The notes under the pieces: generated by a model
Told to the model about the DNA's origin: nothing
Database searches by the model: none
What the model saw: the letters and a program-made list of their open reading frames with translations, nothing else
Assembly: GCA_010909165.1 (NCBI GenBank)
Contig: MU008183.1
Location: 620,001 to 684,000, forward strand
DNA length: 64,000 bases
Reading direction: 5' to 3'
From: Anthoceros angustus
Lineage: Eukaryota > Plantae > Anthocerotophyta
Position numbers and translations under genes: made by a program
In this document: positions 13,001 through 26,270 of the stretch, piece by piece
How positions within the stretch are numbered: the first letter of the stretch is position 1
How the letters are laid out: each line of letters opens with the position of its first letter

Positions 13001-13900
13001 GAGACAGAATGGTCTTGGTACACTCGCGATGAAGAAAACGAGGCACCACCAGACCCTCCGGACTCAACTTTGGTTGATCCGCAATGGCAGACGGATTTTT
13101 GGACATGGTCGGAGGTGTACAGGGCACATCGGCGGAGGGAGGGCAAGGCGAGGCTCAGTCGGAGGTTGTGTGAAGGAGATTGAGGAGGGAATGATGGTTG
13201 CTGTCAAGCTGGGGATGATCCAGGAGGCGGACCATTCGGCCAAAAGTGGTGGAGGTGGACCATGATCTTTGGGGTCCCTTTCATGATAGTTCATTGGTGG
13301 CGGACGGAGAACAATGATGCATTCGAGGAAGGTACATGGAGGAGTTTGTGATGAGCGCCCACGGTCGAGGGAAAAAGTGCGGCGATCAAAGAATGGGCGG
13401 GCGTCGGGAGAAGCATTTGCAAAGCCTCAACTTCCCGAGACAAATGTGCTGGCCTATGATTTGTGACAAGGAACAAGGCGTTGCGAGGGCGACAATGAAG
13501 GCGATAAAGACCAAAGTCTTTGAGTTGCGGTCGAGCCGGTGATGAACGGCGAGACTTCCGCCGGTGACACGAATGTCATGCGAAGACATGATTGACTCGG
13601 AAGACCTCGACAATGTGGAATCAACGGATGAGTCCAGACGTGGTGGTGGACCATGGATGGTCTGACTGGGAGGAGCCGGATAGTAGGCAACCTAATATTG
13701 TCAACTTTCGAGTTCCTTGTGCAGACCGTTATGTCCCGGGCTTGAATCACGATGGATTGTTTTCGTCTTTTTCGCGGCAAAGGTTTATGACTTGCACTGG
13801 CGGCGGGACTTTCTTGATGGCGGCCGGTACGCCTGTCGTGTCGTTGTAGGAAGAAGTCCGTTCCCAAAGGGAATGATAGGCGTTTACCGCGTTTGGTGAT
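10099..13900 (+). mobile_element. Degenerate DNA transposon with DUF7869-type (CMC-like) DDE transposase
   Basis: Across frameshifts: HGKK.VC.RAF, FS.C..(C), GIAIDGMDQK (12098-12115), LYLRMDNTQQNKN (12324-12350), VGFLLVGHTH then IDQMFSRFS (12423-12460), AYTPSP. Assignment to the CMC superfamily is inference. Confidence 0.7.
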
Positions 13901-13920
13901 TCTTACCGTCCTTAGCGCTC

Positions 13921-14437
13921 GTTCGGTCTCGGCACACACACACATACTCCTAACTACTCTGGCGTGCTGCCGTCACCGGGCGGTATGGCCAAGCGTTTAG
14001 GGACCCGTTCGGCGTCCGTATCGTTCACATACATCCTCACGCATCGGTCCTTTCCTCTCTCCTCTCACGCTACACTCTTGATCTTAGAAAAGGCCTTATT
14101 CTGTGATCCGGACCTCCTCCGTCGTTCGCGGGCCTCTCGTCCGGGCTCTACACCCTCCGGAGTTCCTCCGGCTCACGTTCAGTCGTTCGGTCTCGGCACA
14201 CACACATACTCCTAACTACTCACCGTTCGTCGGCCGGTATGGCCAAGCGTTTAGGGACCCGTTCGGCGTCCGTATCGTTCACGCCATCCTCACGCATCGG
14301 TCCTTTCCTCTCTCCCTCACGCTACACTCTTGATCTTAGAAAAGGCGCGGTTCTGTGATCCGGACCTCCTCCGTCGTTCGCGGGCCTCTCCGTCCGGGCT
14401 CTACACCCTCCGAGTTCCTCCGGCTCACGCGTTCGGT
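13921..14437. repeat. Direct tandem duplication, ~260-bp unit, in probable LTR or UTR sequence
   Basis: 13921-14184 aligns with 14185-14437 (GTTCGGTCTCGGCACACACAC...GGGACCCGTTCGGCGTCCGTATCG...TTGATCTTAGAAAAGG). Confidence 0.9.
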
Positions 14438-14799
14438 CAGCGGTGTCGGACGCGGCTCGAGCCACGGATCACCGATCACCCTTCCACGCACACACCACAG
14501 CGTTAAGTCGTCACGGGACCTTGATCAATCTCCCGTCGTGCACCTTTCGGTGACTCGGGACTCACGTTAGCAGAAGACTCACAAAGGTGCAGAGCGGCAT
14601 CAACACCAAGAAAGATGCTTTACTAGGCGACCTCGGCCCCTCTTATCTGCGCCCAAGGTGGCGTCTTTATTACCCCTATTACGGTGATAGCATTTCGGTA
14701 TACCTAATCGACGCCTACCGGCCTATCCCCCTATCTCCTTCGCCCGTGTAGGTGGGAAGGTCACAGGCCGCCTCGGAATGGGTGGTCAATCCCCGTCGG

Positions 14800-17700
14800 T
14801 TGTGGTGCACCCAATCGGATGATCCGTGGCGGGCCCCTCCTCTCCCGGAATCATCGGGTTGGGCTCTTGGCGGTCGACAGCCGTTACCACGGCGTCATCC
14901 TCCCTGGCCTCCACAGGTCGCCCGGTGGGGCCACCGCTATCGGCTCCCCTAAGCGTAAGTCGAAGGGGCTCCTCCTTCTTGCCTGGCCGGTCCTCGAGGT
15001 CTGTCTCGACTCACAGACCGGGTCCACGGTCCGTAGGCTAGGTCAGGCCTTGTCTCAGGTCCGGACCTCGGGGTCGGTTATTAGGTCCGGACTTGAGTCC
15101 GGACTTATGTCGGAGGACTTGGTCGGACGGTCGGACTTATTCTGGTCCGGACTTGGTCGGCCTCCTAGGTCGGACAAAGTCAGGACTCCCACCGGGTTTC
15201 CTCCCTCACGGGACTCCTCAGTGGCTCTCCCTCGAAGTCCTCCATGTTCCCGATCGCCCGTGACTCCGTTGGCCCCTCCTTCCATGGTGAGGTGCGGGGT
15301 GCTTACCTCGATCGCATCCGCGCTCCTCGTTACTCCTCCGGTTGCTCCTCTCCCGCTCCGTCATCTCCAAGCAGGGCCACTAGGGTCCCTGTCTTTGTCC
15401 GTGGCCTTCATCTCCCAGGCCTTCCGGTCCGTCGTCTGCGTGACGTCGAGGCTTCTCGCCGGGGCTCGTGGTAATAGGCAAAGTCAGATCGACTTGTTGA
15501 ATTGCCTCTTACGTGTGCGGGCACCGTACTCCCTCCGCCATAAGTGTTAAATTTGGGCGTCTTTGCTCGGCTTGTTGGGCCACCTCTCTGCCCGGTTGTG
15601 GTGGGCGGGCGTATCACGCGAGGCTACAAGGCGGCCTCGGTCACCTCCTGCAGCGCTGTTGCTCACCTCACTCCGTCGTTTCCTTTCCATGACTTACCGC
15701 CAGCGCGGCGTTCCCTTCGCCCTTTGGACCGGTGACTTCTTTTACGCTTCCGGTGCTCGCGCTCCCGTTCATTGGCCTTTAGCTCATGACTCCTCGGTGA
15801 TCGGATACCTCCGTCAGGCTCGGACTTCCTCCGGCTCATACGCCAGCAGCAGCGTCCAACTCCTTGGATAGTCGCGATTTTCCTCCGTCTTGAGGCGAGG
15901 GCTTACTCTGTTTCGTGCTCGGTCGTGGATTCTCTCGTTGAGAATCACTGCTTCTCAAGCATCTTGGGTTGTAGCTCCGTGTCCTTCTGTCCTCCATCTG
16001 CTTGCCTCTCCTCTGCTCCTCCTGTGTACGGAGATCCTCTATCTCCCGTCTTGGCCCACTCCACTCCATGGCCGCCTTTGTCGCGGCCTTGAGTTAACCT
16101 CATGCTGACTCTCTGGTTCGATCACGTCTGGTGATCCGGTCGCTCTTTCTTTGACCCGGCTCCTTCGCCGCCGGGCCTCCTCGCCCATTTGGCTCTGGCC
16201 GGGCCTCCGAGTCGAGCTCTCTCTGTGCCGGGCCTCTTCCGCCTCTGCTGCGCTTCCCTCTTCTGCAAAGGTCCTCCCGCTTGGGCCTCCCTTGCTTGTT
16301 TACGCCTGAAGAACCTTAAGATCTTGAACGCGGGCCTCGCTCCGCCACCGGCGTTTCCCTTCCTCGATCCGGCGAGGACTCCGCCTTTCCTTTGCCTCGG
16401 CGCCTTCACTTGCTCTTGGGTTCCACCATCCTCCTCGGGTGGCCTCCACTTCACAGGTCTTCTCTTGTACCACGAGACCCCAAAGCATTCCGTCCATGAT
16501 GGCAGGACTTCGCCGTGTTTCTTCCACGGCCACGTGATGAGGCCCCACAAAGTCCGTAGTGGGGCGGCATTTCGGTCCGCCAAGGACCTCCATACCCTTG
16601 ATCCGAGTAAGTCGGTGGGTTCTCGGACCTAATCGGGACCCTCGGGTCACAGTGGTGAGTCGAGTCTCACCCTCTTGGCCCTCTTGGCCTCTAACTCCTC
16701 CTTTGCCCTCTTTCTCCACAGGGCTCGGAGGAGGTGAGTCGGGAGCAAGCTCTTTTGCCTTCACTTCAGGGGGCAGGCTCGAGGTGGGGCTGCGCGGTGA
16801 CCTCCTGCTCCTTGGGCGCGTCCCTTTACGCTCCTTACGCCTCTTGACCTCTTGCCACTCAGGTGGGCGGGGGTAAGTCTGCGGCACCTACGAGGTCTTT
16901 GCGTTGGTAAGCGGCACCGTCTTCCGCCTCTTGGCTCCCGGGGTTCGTCGGGGCTCGGCGGTCGTGGTTGTTGGCATTGCGGTGCGGAGCCAGCGCCCTC
17001 GACATCGGCTCCCTCTGTCTTTGCTCGGAGGGCACCAAAAGGAGGAAGGGAATCGCCTCCCAAACTTCCACAGGTGGTGAGGGGTTCGCTCAGGGCGTAT
17101 GGAGTCAGGAATCCTCGATCGTCCTCCTCCAGTCGCTTGGTCTTGAAGGGCGACCCCCACCTCGGCGCCCTTGCGCTCTACTTACGGGGCCTCCGGCCCT
17201 TGGGCGCCGCTCAAGCTCTCCTCCTTGAGGCTCGAAATGTCCCCATACATGAATCGGTATGGGGTCGATCTGATGGCGAGGCTTCTCGCTCCTTAGCTTG
17301 CGTGCCTCAGGCCAGGCGAAGATAATCCTTCCGGTCCTCTCTTCCCATTGGGCGCATGCGAGAATACCAGGTTATCACCAAGGTGATCCACCTTGGTGGC
17401 GAGTTCAATGGACAATGATCGGGCTACCGCCCTTACTCGTATCCGGCGGATCGGATATCAACCATCCGTTGGTTGTCGCTGCGTTCGAGCCTCAGCCCGG
17501 CCTTGGTGGGCGGCCTATCTTCCCCGCCTTAAGGGCTCGGCACCGCCCCTTCTTCCTCCTTGGGCGGTTGTAGGCCATCCTCGGGACCTCAAGGTCCATC
17601 GCCTCGGAGTCCTCCGGAGGTTCTTGGATCGGACCTCCTTGTTGATCGCCCGGCATCTTCGGGCAAACTCCGGACTAGAGTAGCGTTGTCAAAGTCGAGA

Positions 17701-18300
17701 CCATTTGGAACACGTCCGGATGCCACTCTGCACCAATCACTTCCTCCGGCCGGGCCCGAAGTCCGGATAGCGCGGGTCACAATGTTGCGCTCCACGGTCC
17801 ATGGCTCCCAGTCCGTCGGCTTTTGGGTGCCATTGCTTTCTCCTCCTCTTGTTCTTTGTGGCTGGCGGTCGGCGCGATGTTCCTCCTTGCCGCGCGTTCG
17901 TTGCTCCAACCTTAATGATGCGCCGCGCTCTGCGGCGCCCAAAAACGCGAGCGGATTGCGGGCGCAAGGGGCTAGGAGATGCAGGCTGGCGAACCTCCCG
18001 CGCTTGTGGAATGCTTCTGGGCGGGAAGGCGCCTCTTCGTTGTCCGTAGCGCGAGTGCATGGCGTACTCGACCCTCGGCTTCACTGCGGCCTTCGCGCGC
18101 GGCGGGCGTGAATACTGCCTGCGGCCTGCAGCAGGTTACGGTCTGGCCTCGCATGCCCGACCTCCACTCGGGGCCGTCCACGTGGCGCCGCCTCGTCATC
18201 CTCACGCCTCGCTCCCTCACGCCTCCTCCCGGGTTACTTTCCACGGCGTACTTATCCTATTTTGACACAGGTGGGTTCGGACTTATCCGTTACTCGGCGT
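14800..18300 (-). mobile_element. GC-rich, frameshifted TE-derived long ORF remnant (charged/coiled-coil-like), possibly an accessory ORF of a Tat/Athila-type gypsy element
   Basis: Overlapping broken minus-strand ORFs rich in E/R/K/A, with a W-rich block (LRTLWGLITWPWKK..VSWYKRRPVKW); no introns and no recognisable enzyme motif. Confidence 0.3.
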
Positions 18301-21300
18301 GGTCGGAGCTTGCCATAGTAGTGCAGGGTCCGTTGTTCACTCAGTCCGGAGTATACTCCGAGCCTCGTCCGGCGCTACCCCAATTTATTCCTCCTTTTCC
18401 GCCTTATTTATCCTTCAATCCTAAAAGCAAACCCTACTTATTCCCTGCTCACGGTGCCTTGCCATTGCGTACCGTGCATCATCTCTGTTGTAGGGAAGTT
18501 GGCGGTGTGATAATGTCGGAGCATGTAAGCAGCGACTATGTCGAAACCCATCAGCAATGTGGTGCTCTAATTTTCTAACAATGTTACGGTGGCTTTGTCC
18601 AGTTGAGAAGCGGCGGCGCGAGGTTTCAATGGTGATCATGCGTCATCTATGTTACGACCTTGCGGTGTGGCGAAGTGTTCCCGAAGGATGGTCACGCCGC
18701 AGGATGTCGTGGCGGTATGTGTACGCCAAAGCAAGTGCGGCAATGTTTGACTTCGGTTCTGGTTAGGGGACCGCCTAATGACTATGGGGTGGAGCAGGAA
18801 GGTCGATCGAGCGGTGGCGATTCGAGCGACGGGGCCGGGCGTAAAGCGGCGGTACGAAGAGCGGGGCTCAAAAGCAGCGTCCTCCGGCCTGCTTCCTGCC
18901 ACGAGGAGGTTGTCTTCCACCTCCTTTGTGGTTTGTGCCACGCTCATCCCCTCCTCTGGCGGAGAGCCGTCCTCACGCCATGCTCCTCCACCTCCTTCCG
19001 ACCTCATTGGTATGCAGGTTTGCCACATTTTGATGTCACTTCTCCTTCGTCCATCCATCCAACCTTGCCCTTGAACTAACTGCGTTGTTTGCGGCCTTAC
19101 GGATGAGGACTTCGCGGTGGCTCACAGTCACCACCTCGTATCACAAGGGAGGATGTGGAGGCAAAGGCGAAGGCGGAGAAGGATGGAAGTTGCCCATCCG
19201 GGACTTGTGTGGAGGCCATTTGGGTCTCCATGCGGCGTGGGCGGGGAAAGCAGTATGGGCTGTGGCCATCTCCTTCCATCAGAGGGTGGCGGTGGCATCG
19301 TAGATTTTCCGGATCTTTGGGCGGTAGGAAAAAGCCAGGGGAAGAGGACTATAGGATAGCGAAGGAGGGGTTCACAGGAGGCTTGAAAGAAGTGCGGCAA
19401 CTCCAGCCGCACTCGCGGAGGAAGGAGGGTGAAGGAAGAGCACGAGGACTGTCCGGTCCCAGCAATTGTTTAAAGCTTCCGTGACCTTGCATGCCGTGAG
19501 TCCATGCAACAGCTTGCGAATGAAGGTTCTGCCGGAGGCTGTCGCCCAGGCGGGGAGGTGGAAGTGAAGGAGGAGGCGGTGGCACTGTTACCTTTTAAGC
19601 GAGTTGAGCATGGTTGTCATTGCATGCACTAGCAGGCTGTTGTTGTGGCGAGAGCAGTGATGGGGACACCCTTGTGGCAAAACGGAGGACCTGTTGGAGA
19701 TAGGGCGTGAAGTGGGTTACCTAGGTTTTTTGGCGATCATAGACTAGGCGGGGCGGAGGAAGAAAGGGAGGGAGAGGGGTTGGATGCTTCGTAGCTTTCT
19801 CACGGCTAGCTTGGGTCGAGTTGGGGCCAGCAATCACATGATTTTGTGTTTATGAGTTTTAGCGTCGATGTGCAAGCCATACTGCCGCGAAGTGTGAGCG
19901 AGCAGGGGTTTGAGTTTGGGGATGCACGATTGGGAATGTTTTGTAAATCCGGATGAGGGTAACTATGAGCCAACAGTCAATGTCACATGGCATGGACTAG
20001 AGGCGGTTACATGTGAACTACACCATAGCGGTTTTCAATACTTTATTAGCGAGAAATGTATTCATGCCATATACTTTGTACCTTGGGATGTATATTTGAA
20101 TAATATTATTCCATGTATTTTACATGAATAACCCTAAGGCCCTAACAGTGGAGCTAGTGATGCGTTACATCCAATTGTGTAACATGAGTGTACACTTTTC
20201 CATATACCCGGTTGTAAAGGTAGCTTTGGTGTGTGTATCCCAAAAAGTGACCATTGAAATAAAGCCTAAATAAATGTTCTAAAATGCCATAAATTTATAA
20301 GGATCTCTACTTTTCTCCCGAATGCCTCTTTTGTTTAACCATGAGACATCGAGGTGTGGAAATATTGCCAATAAATTTCAAGTTTTGATGAAGTGGAATG
20401 GGTTTGGGTGTACTGTGTTGTATTTTTTAGCGGCCGTTTCCCAAACCCTCAAAATCAACGTTCGAGTTTTCTTGATCAAAATTTTGATGACATATTTGGC
20501 GTCCAGAAGTGGAGTGTGTCACTAGCCTAAGGAGACCTTGTTGAATAACTCGTGAGCGCAATCAAAGGATGCTTCTCCCAACATGCGCTTCATTGTGCGT
20601 ACCTCCTGACTAGGAACCACGATATCTTCGAAGGGGTGAATATTCACGAAGGGGTTTTGAAATATATCTTGAAGGGGTTTGACATGGGTCTTGAGCTGGT
20701 GGTTTTGAGGTATGAATGAATGTAAGGCGAGAAAAGAAGGGTGGAAATTCACATGAACCGGTGATACAAGGTCCATTTCATGCCTGAAGGGTTATGGTGC
20801 AAGGTAACCTATTTGGGGTGCATTTAAGACCCATGACAAGGGCCATTCTTTGGTCCTGCGGGTCTTTCGCAACAACCCTAAAGATTCGTAAAAAGCACGG
20901 TGATCAAAATTGGATGAGAGGCGAACCTGATGGCCGGGAGCAAAGCATGTCGAGGAGTAGGCGCCGGCGGCGGCTTTCCTCGTGCGATGATGCCTTGCGA
21001 GGCGGAGAGCGAGCCCATAGCGGGATGTGTGTACAAAAGACTTTGGGTGTGGGGTGGGTGGGTGGCACACCCTCAATTGTGCCGCAAATATAATCACATG
21101 GTTCGATCCAGTGCAATCGATGAATGAAGAAAAGTGTGGGCAAGCGGTTCCCGCCAACATATCGCAGAAAAACATGCCGCAGCTCATCGTGTGTTACTGT
21201 TAGTATGCCGCAATGCGCAACTACCACCACCTCCCACATGTCCTTCCGCATGTAATGGAAAAAGGCTTGAACATTGGAAGTTATTAAGCATGGGAAGTCT

Positions 21301-21498
21301 ACGGCACAGAGAACGCCACAACCAAATTCCTATCATGGGCCTAGACTCTTTGAAATATGTCTGCGCTTGAAAATGTGCACTCCAAACTACGAGGAATTGA
21401 GCTTCACGCATAACCTCACCTGCGTTGAAGATGACCTAACATTCGGAGGGTTTCCTACTCTTCGCGGACTCCACGCCATCATCTTCGTTGGGCACGAC

Positions 21499-21660
21499 AT
21501 CATGACCATCATCTTCACTATCCTCGGTGGCACTTTGACTGGTTGAATAAAGCCTCGCAATTCAATTAAGTTATTCTTGATTGCCTTCTTATCCACAGTA
21601 CAAATGTTTCCGCCGTCAAGTTGAACTCATAATAGAGGATGACCGTTTGGTGAACAAAAC
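21499..21660 (-). repeat. Dispersed inverted homologue of 26826-26982
   Basis: Its reverse complement (TTTTGTTCACCAAACGGTCATCCTCTATTATG...GGAAACATTTGTACTGTGGATAAGAAGGC...AATTGCGAGGCTTTATTCAACC..AGTCAAAGTGC) aligns with 26826-26982. Confidence 0.8.
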
Positions 21661-21854
21661 CTCTACCACGATAGTCTATTTCTGACAGTCTCAAAGTAAT
21701 GCTATGCTTCACGTTTTGGGTACAACATGCCCATATATTCTTCGAGCAAGCACATAGTACAGTCTGAATGAATGAATGAAAATAGGTCCATAGGTGTTTT
21801 TGAAAATGTGTGCAACCATGGCATGAGAGGAGTTTATATAACAATAAAGAGCTG

Positions 21855-21960
21855 GGCGCGGCCCCCCCAAGCCTTGTACATGGCGCCGGCCGGCGCCTTC
21901 CCCAACAAGCCTTGTACATGGGCGGCCGGCGGCCCGCTAAGCCTTGTACATGGGCTGCCA
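21855..21960. repeat. Three short tandem copies of (C/T)AAGCCTTGTACATGG plus GC-rich spacer
   Basis: AAGCCTTGTACATGG occurs three times at ~38-nt spacing. Confidence 0.85.
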
Positions 21961-22439
21961 TTGATAAAATAAATAATTAGTGCTTCATGTGTTTCAACCT
22001 AGGATAGTTACTCAAGTGGTTTGGAAACAATGTGTGCATGAATAGGTCATGGGTTCGAGTCTGTAGAGGCATGAAAAACTTCTTGTTGATTTTATGGGCG
22101 CATGGGCACGGCCATTTAAGGGCCTAGCATGCCCTCTATTGAGGTGACTTGAGGTGTGCGGATATATTCCACGGATCCATGGGTATGAGGTTTTGCGGAT
22201 CTTGAAGAATTGACATTAGAGGCCCACGAGAGGGCTTGCGCAATGGGCAAAGGAGGTGTGTATCAGAGAAGGACTCTTTGAAAGCGCAGTGGTTTCTTTG
22301 AATGCTCGGGTCAAGACCAAAGCGGGGAGGCGACGAAGACTCAAGGGCTTTGGGCGAAACGATAGCTTTGATGAGCAGGAACGGAGCGGATTCAAATTTG
22401 GTCATCGTGATGGATTCGAGTCCTCTAGCACCCGATGAG

Positions 22440-24420
22440 TCACAAGTTAGTCATAGAGAGTAGGTTTACGGTTTTGTAGGCACCTAGATGTGCTTCTTCT
22501 CGTGTTCGTAATAACTTTTGGACCCGTTGTGTGAGGCAATTGATGATCTCATTTTCCCTCTTCCTCAAAAACAAAGCGGCGGCGCCGCCTTCCTTGATGT
22601 TGTCTTTGTGTGTTGGAAACGGGTTTTCATGATAACTACTCGTTGGAAAAGCAGTCGACCTTTCTTGAAAGCGAGGCAAAGCATATTTCGGAGTGTGGAA
22701 TGTGCTAAGAGGTTTCCATGTCATAGAAGGGGTTCGGATATTCACCTTGAAAGATATAAATGTTTAGGGCATGGCTCTCACCTTGACTCCTCGAATGCAT
22801 GCTCGCACTCATGAGGAATGGTCCGTCCCTCGGCACCTCACGGGCTCGTCACTTGGGGCTGTGGTGGCTTGTCTCGCCGCTCCTCCACTCGACCTCACGT
22901 CGGTCATGTCGTCCACCACTCCTACTTGTCTTTGGGAATCAAGCACAGACCCGAGAGAAAGTGTCGGCCCCTCTTGTCGACCATGTACAAAGGTGCCTTG
23001 GGAGGGTGTAGTGTTGCCCCTGCACGTCTTGTGCGCTTGTTGCACTTGGTAAATGCGCGGCCCAGCGTATGGCGATACAGCAAGGTGCGACCCGATCGGT
23101 CCTTTCGTGATCTTGGTGTCGCGTCCAAGCTGAGATTCTTGATGAAGCCATCTTGGCGGTCTCGCGCGACTTCGTGTGAAATTATTCGACTCGGAGATCT
23201 TAAGTGTGCTGCGAAATTCCGGTAGGAAGATGTCGAAACAAGTCTTGATGGGATCGTGCCGCCAGCGCCCTGCTTAAATGTATTGATTACTCACGAACGA
23301 CTGCTTTACTCGGCTGATTATAGGATATGCGCTCAACAATACTTGCGGTACTCGCGATAAGCCGTGTCTTATTCCCAGTACTTCGTTTGGATGAAGCGTA
23401 TATAAATGTGTATCCGGTCTTCAATTCCATCTCCAGCAGTAGTACCGATGATTATAGGTGTGAGGTGCCACTTCGTCACAAACTGACTCCAAGTTCGATC
23501 ATGTCTCCGATCTTGGCGACTCCTAAAGGAAAAGTCCTCCCTGCGCGGAGGTAATAAGCGGCACCAGCGTCTCTTTGTGTGCTCAGCGGGCTCAAAGATT
23601 GTTGATTGTGTGGGTTGCAGTGTCGCCCGGCGAATCAAAAATCGGTGTATACCTGCGGTCGGGACTTGGTCGCTCTGATGGACTTGCGGTTGGTAGCTCG
23701 TCCGGATCGATGTGTCGAGGCACTGTGCGGTTGAGTGGCTGGAGTCGGCCATAATCGAGGTTAACGCCCCATTAGATCGTGATTAGTGAAACTAGTGTCA
23801 TGCATGTTTAAATTGGATACAAAATGTCGAGGGTATTTACAGCGTATTTGGCGAGGTTGGGTGAGCATGGAATTCAATGCACGAGGTGGATTGATGATGC
23901 ACCTGGATGGGGTGCAACAGGCGGAGACTTTTACTGGATGGGGTGCGCAGCGAGACTTTTAGACAGTGAAATCAAGGAGTGATGACATCTTGGTGATGGC
24001 CCGTGGCATATCATGAGGGATAGAGTAAAATACTCTTGTTTACTGTGGTTGGTTGGTAGCTCCGTCCGGATCAGTGTGTCAGGCATGCACTCGGGCGGTT
24101 GAGTGGCTAGGTCGAGCCACTTAATCGAGGTTAACAGCTAACCTTAGATCGTGATTAGTGAGCAAAGTGTATGCATGTTTAAATTGGATACAAAATGTCA
24201 CGGGTGTTGTCAGCGTGTTGAGGCGAGGTTGGGTGAGACATTTGGCAAGGGTGGATTGATCGATGCACGGATGGGGTGCTGAGGCGAGACTTTTGTACTG
24301 GATGGGGTGCAATAGAGGACTTTTAGACGAAGTGAAATCAAAGGGACGATGGCAGCCATGTGATGATGACATATCATGAGGGATAGAGTAAAATACTCTT
24401 GTTTACCCCTTGGTTGGTTG
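22440..24420 (-). mobile_element. Degenerate gypsy gag(-protease) fragment
   Basis: Retrotrans_gag-like text WSQFVTKWHL...IEDRIHIYIRFIQTKYWE..TAYRE (23750-23330), followed by a knuckle-like segment; heavily broken. Confidence 0.45.
23688..24420. repeat. Direct tandem duplication, ~363-bp unit
   Basis: 23688-24050 aligns with 24051-24420; GGTTGG at the boundaries. Confidence 0.88.
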
Positions 24421-24479
24421 GCCTTAAAAGGCTACCTCCCTTGGGAGACTCATTCCTCTCCTTGGTATGGGCTTCTTAG

Positions 24480-24730
24480 CCTCCCTCTTGGCCTTGGACT
24501 TGGCTCCTTCGCCTCCTCTCCTTGGCCTTGGACTTGGGCTTCTGCCGCCTCCTCTCCTTGGCTTGGACTTGGGCTTCGCCTCCTCTCCAGAGCCTTGGAC
24601 TTGGGCTTCTTGCTTAAAGAGCTAGCGTCGCCTCGCCTAGCCCAGCGGCCTAGCATCGCCTAGCATCCTAGGGTAGCTTAGCATCGTCGCCTAGCGTCGC
24701 TGCGTCACTGGCATTGCTAGCGTCAGCATT
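24480..24730. repeat. Low-complexity short repeats (CCTCTCCTTGG/CTTGGACTTGGG, then CTAGCATC/CCTAGCGTCG)
   Basis: Motifs are directly visible in multiple degenerate copies. Confidence 0.7.
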
Positions 24731-26029
24731 AAGCCTAACGCCTTGATATCTAGTGTACACGAGATCATAACATAACGGAGGAGGGAAGCTTTATGGCGTG
24801 CAAACACACTCTCTACAGGAAGGAGCCACCATTCGCCGGCGTGCTTTGGCCTCCTCACGACACCTTTGCATGTCACAGAGGACAGTATGATCAGGCTGTC
24901 CTCGATGGAGGATGCTATATATACTAGACCTTGGCGTGACATATTCTAAGGTATCCTATTGGCGTCGGTATGCCGGAAATATCCTGGAATCTTGTTGTAT
25001 GTCTGAGGAATATGCAGGCGTATTAGTTGGCCTTATCAGCAAGCTATTGTCACTGGGAATACGCTATAATATGCGGAATATGCCTATCATATTGCGGGCT
25101 TATCAACCCAGCTATTGCTAACCCGTGTTTAATTAACACTAATAAATGGCAATTAACATAGCGCCCCCGATTAGATTAATTAACACTAATTACTACAAGA
25201 TAAGTAATTAGATTAAGTTGGTTGTAATCGAACACTAGATGGACAAGTCTGGGAGATTAGTATCTGCTGACATGATAGTTGGCTTTCATTGTGCGTGGGC
25301 CATAGCTCTAGGGTTTATCCCGTTTTAGCGTGCCTTGCATTATCGTCATGCCGTGCCCTTTGCCCTGCCTTGACCTTTGGGCGTCGGGCCGTAATTATGG
25401 AGGAATACATATGGGACGATTTCATGATGTTCAGCCAGGATGATATGGAGAGTTGGCTCATAATTACATTGGAGAGGTATAAACTGCTAAGGGTAGGGAT
25501 TTCTTTTGCTTTGCTTAGAATCCGAGCCAACCATGAATGCCTAAGCATAAGGGTCCAGGCATTCATCAGGACACTCTGTGGCTACTAAGGGGAAGTGAGG
25601 ACTTTCACAAGATGCGAGGTAGTTAGAATTAATTACACATGTGGAAGGATGCCTTGGCCATCCTATAAAGACAATATTCTATTCTACACTGGGGAGTCGT
25701 ACAGCCACAGGCCAGGAGCTCGTGTTCAAATGACATGTCTTTGTCATTAGGCCATCCTCCAGGCATTAGAGTCAACACTCTCTTTGTGCATTTGTATTGA
25801 AGCATTATTTTCTGTACCAAAACGGAGCTCGTGTTCAAATGACATGTCTTGGTCATCGAGCCGTACATGGTTGGCGAGGGCGAGTTGGATCGAGGCATAA
25901 GAAAACGCATGATATTGTGGAGTAGCGAGGTGTGGCGCGACTTTGCTTGACCAGCGGGCGGGCACAATCCTGTCGTTGTAGGAAGTTTCCCCTTTTTCCC
26001 AAGACCATCCCTACTAGAAAAGGCGACCT

Positions 26030-26270
26030 ATGTTACACTTTATGTTAAGATTTGGACCCCGGATGTAACACTTATGTTGCAATTTTGGGGTCATGTAACA
26101 CTTTTGGGCGCTTGTTACACTTTGGCTTGGAAACCAAAGGAGTGTTTGTTGCAACCATGTTGCAAGTGTGTTGCAATTTTGTTGAGATGAAGTGAGGCGC
26201 TTTTGTCCTCTCTCAAGATTGCAACACAGTTGCAACATATAAAGTGTTACAAGAAAAGTCTTGTAACACT
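26030..26270. repeat. Cluster of TGT(A/T)ACAC / TGTTGCAA motifs in both orientations (subterminal-repeat-like)
   Basis: Roughly ten copies of the related 8-mers within 240 bp. Confidence 0.6.
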
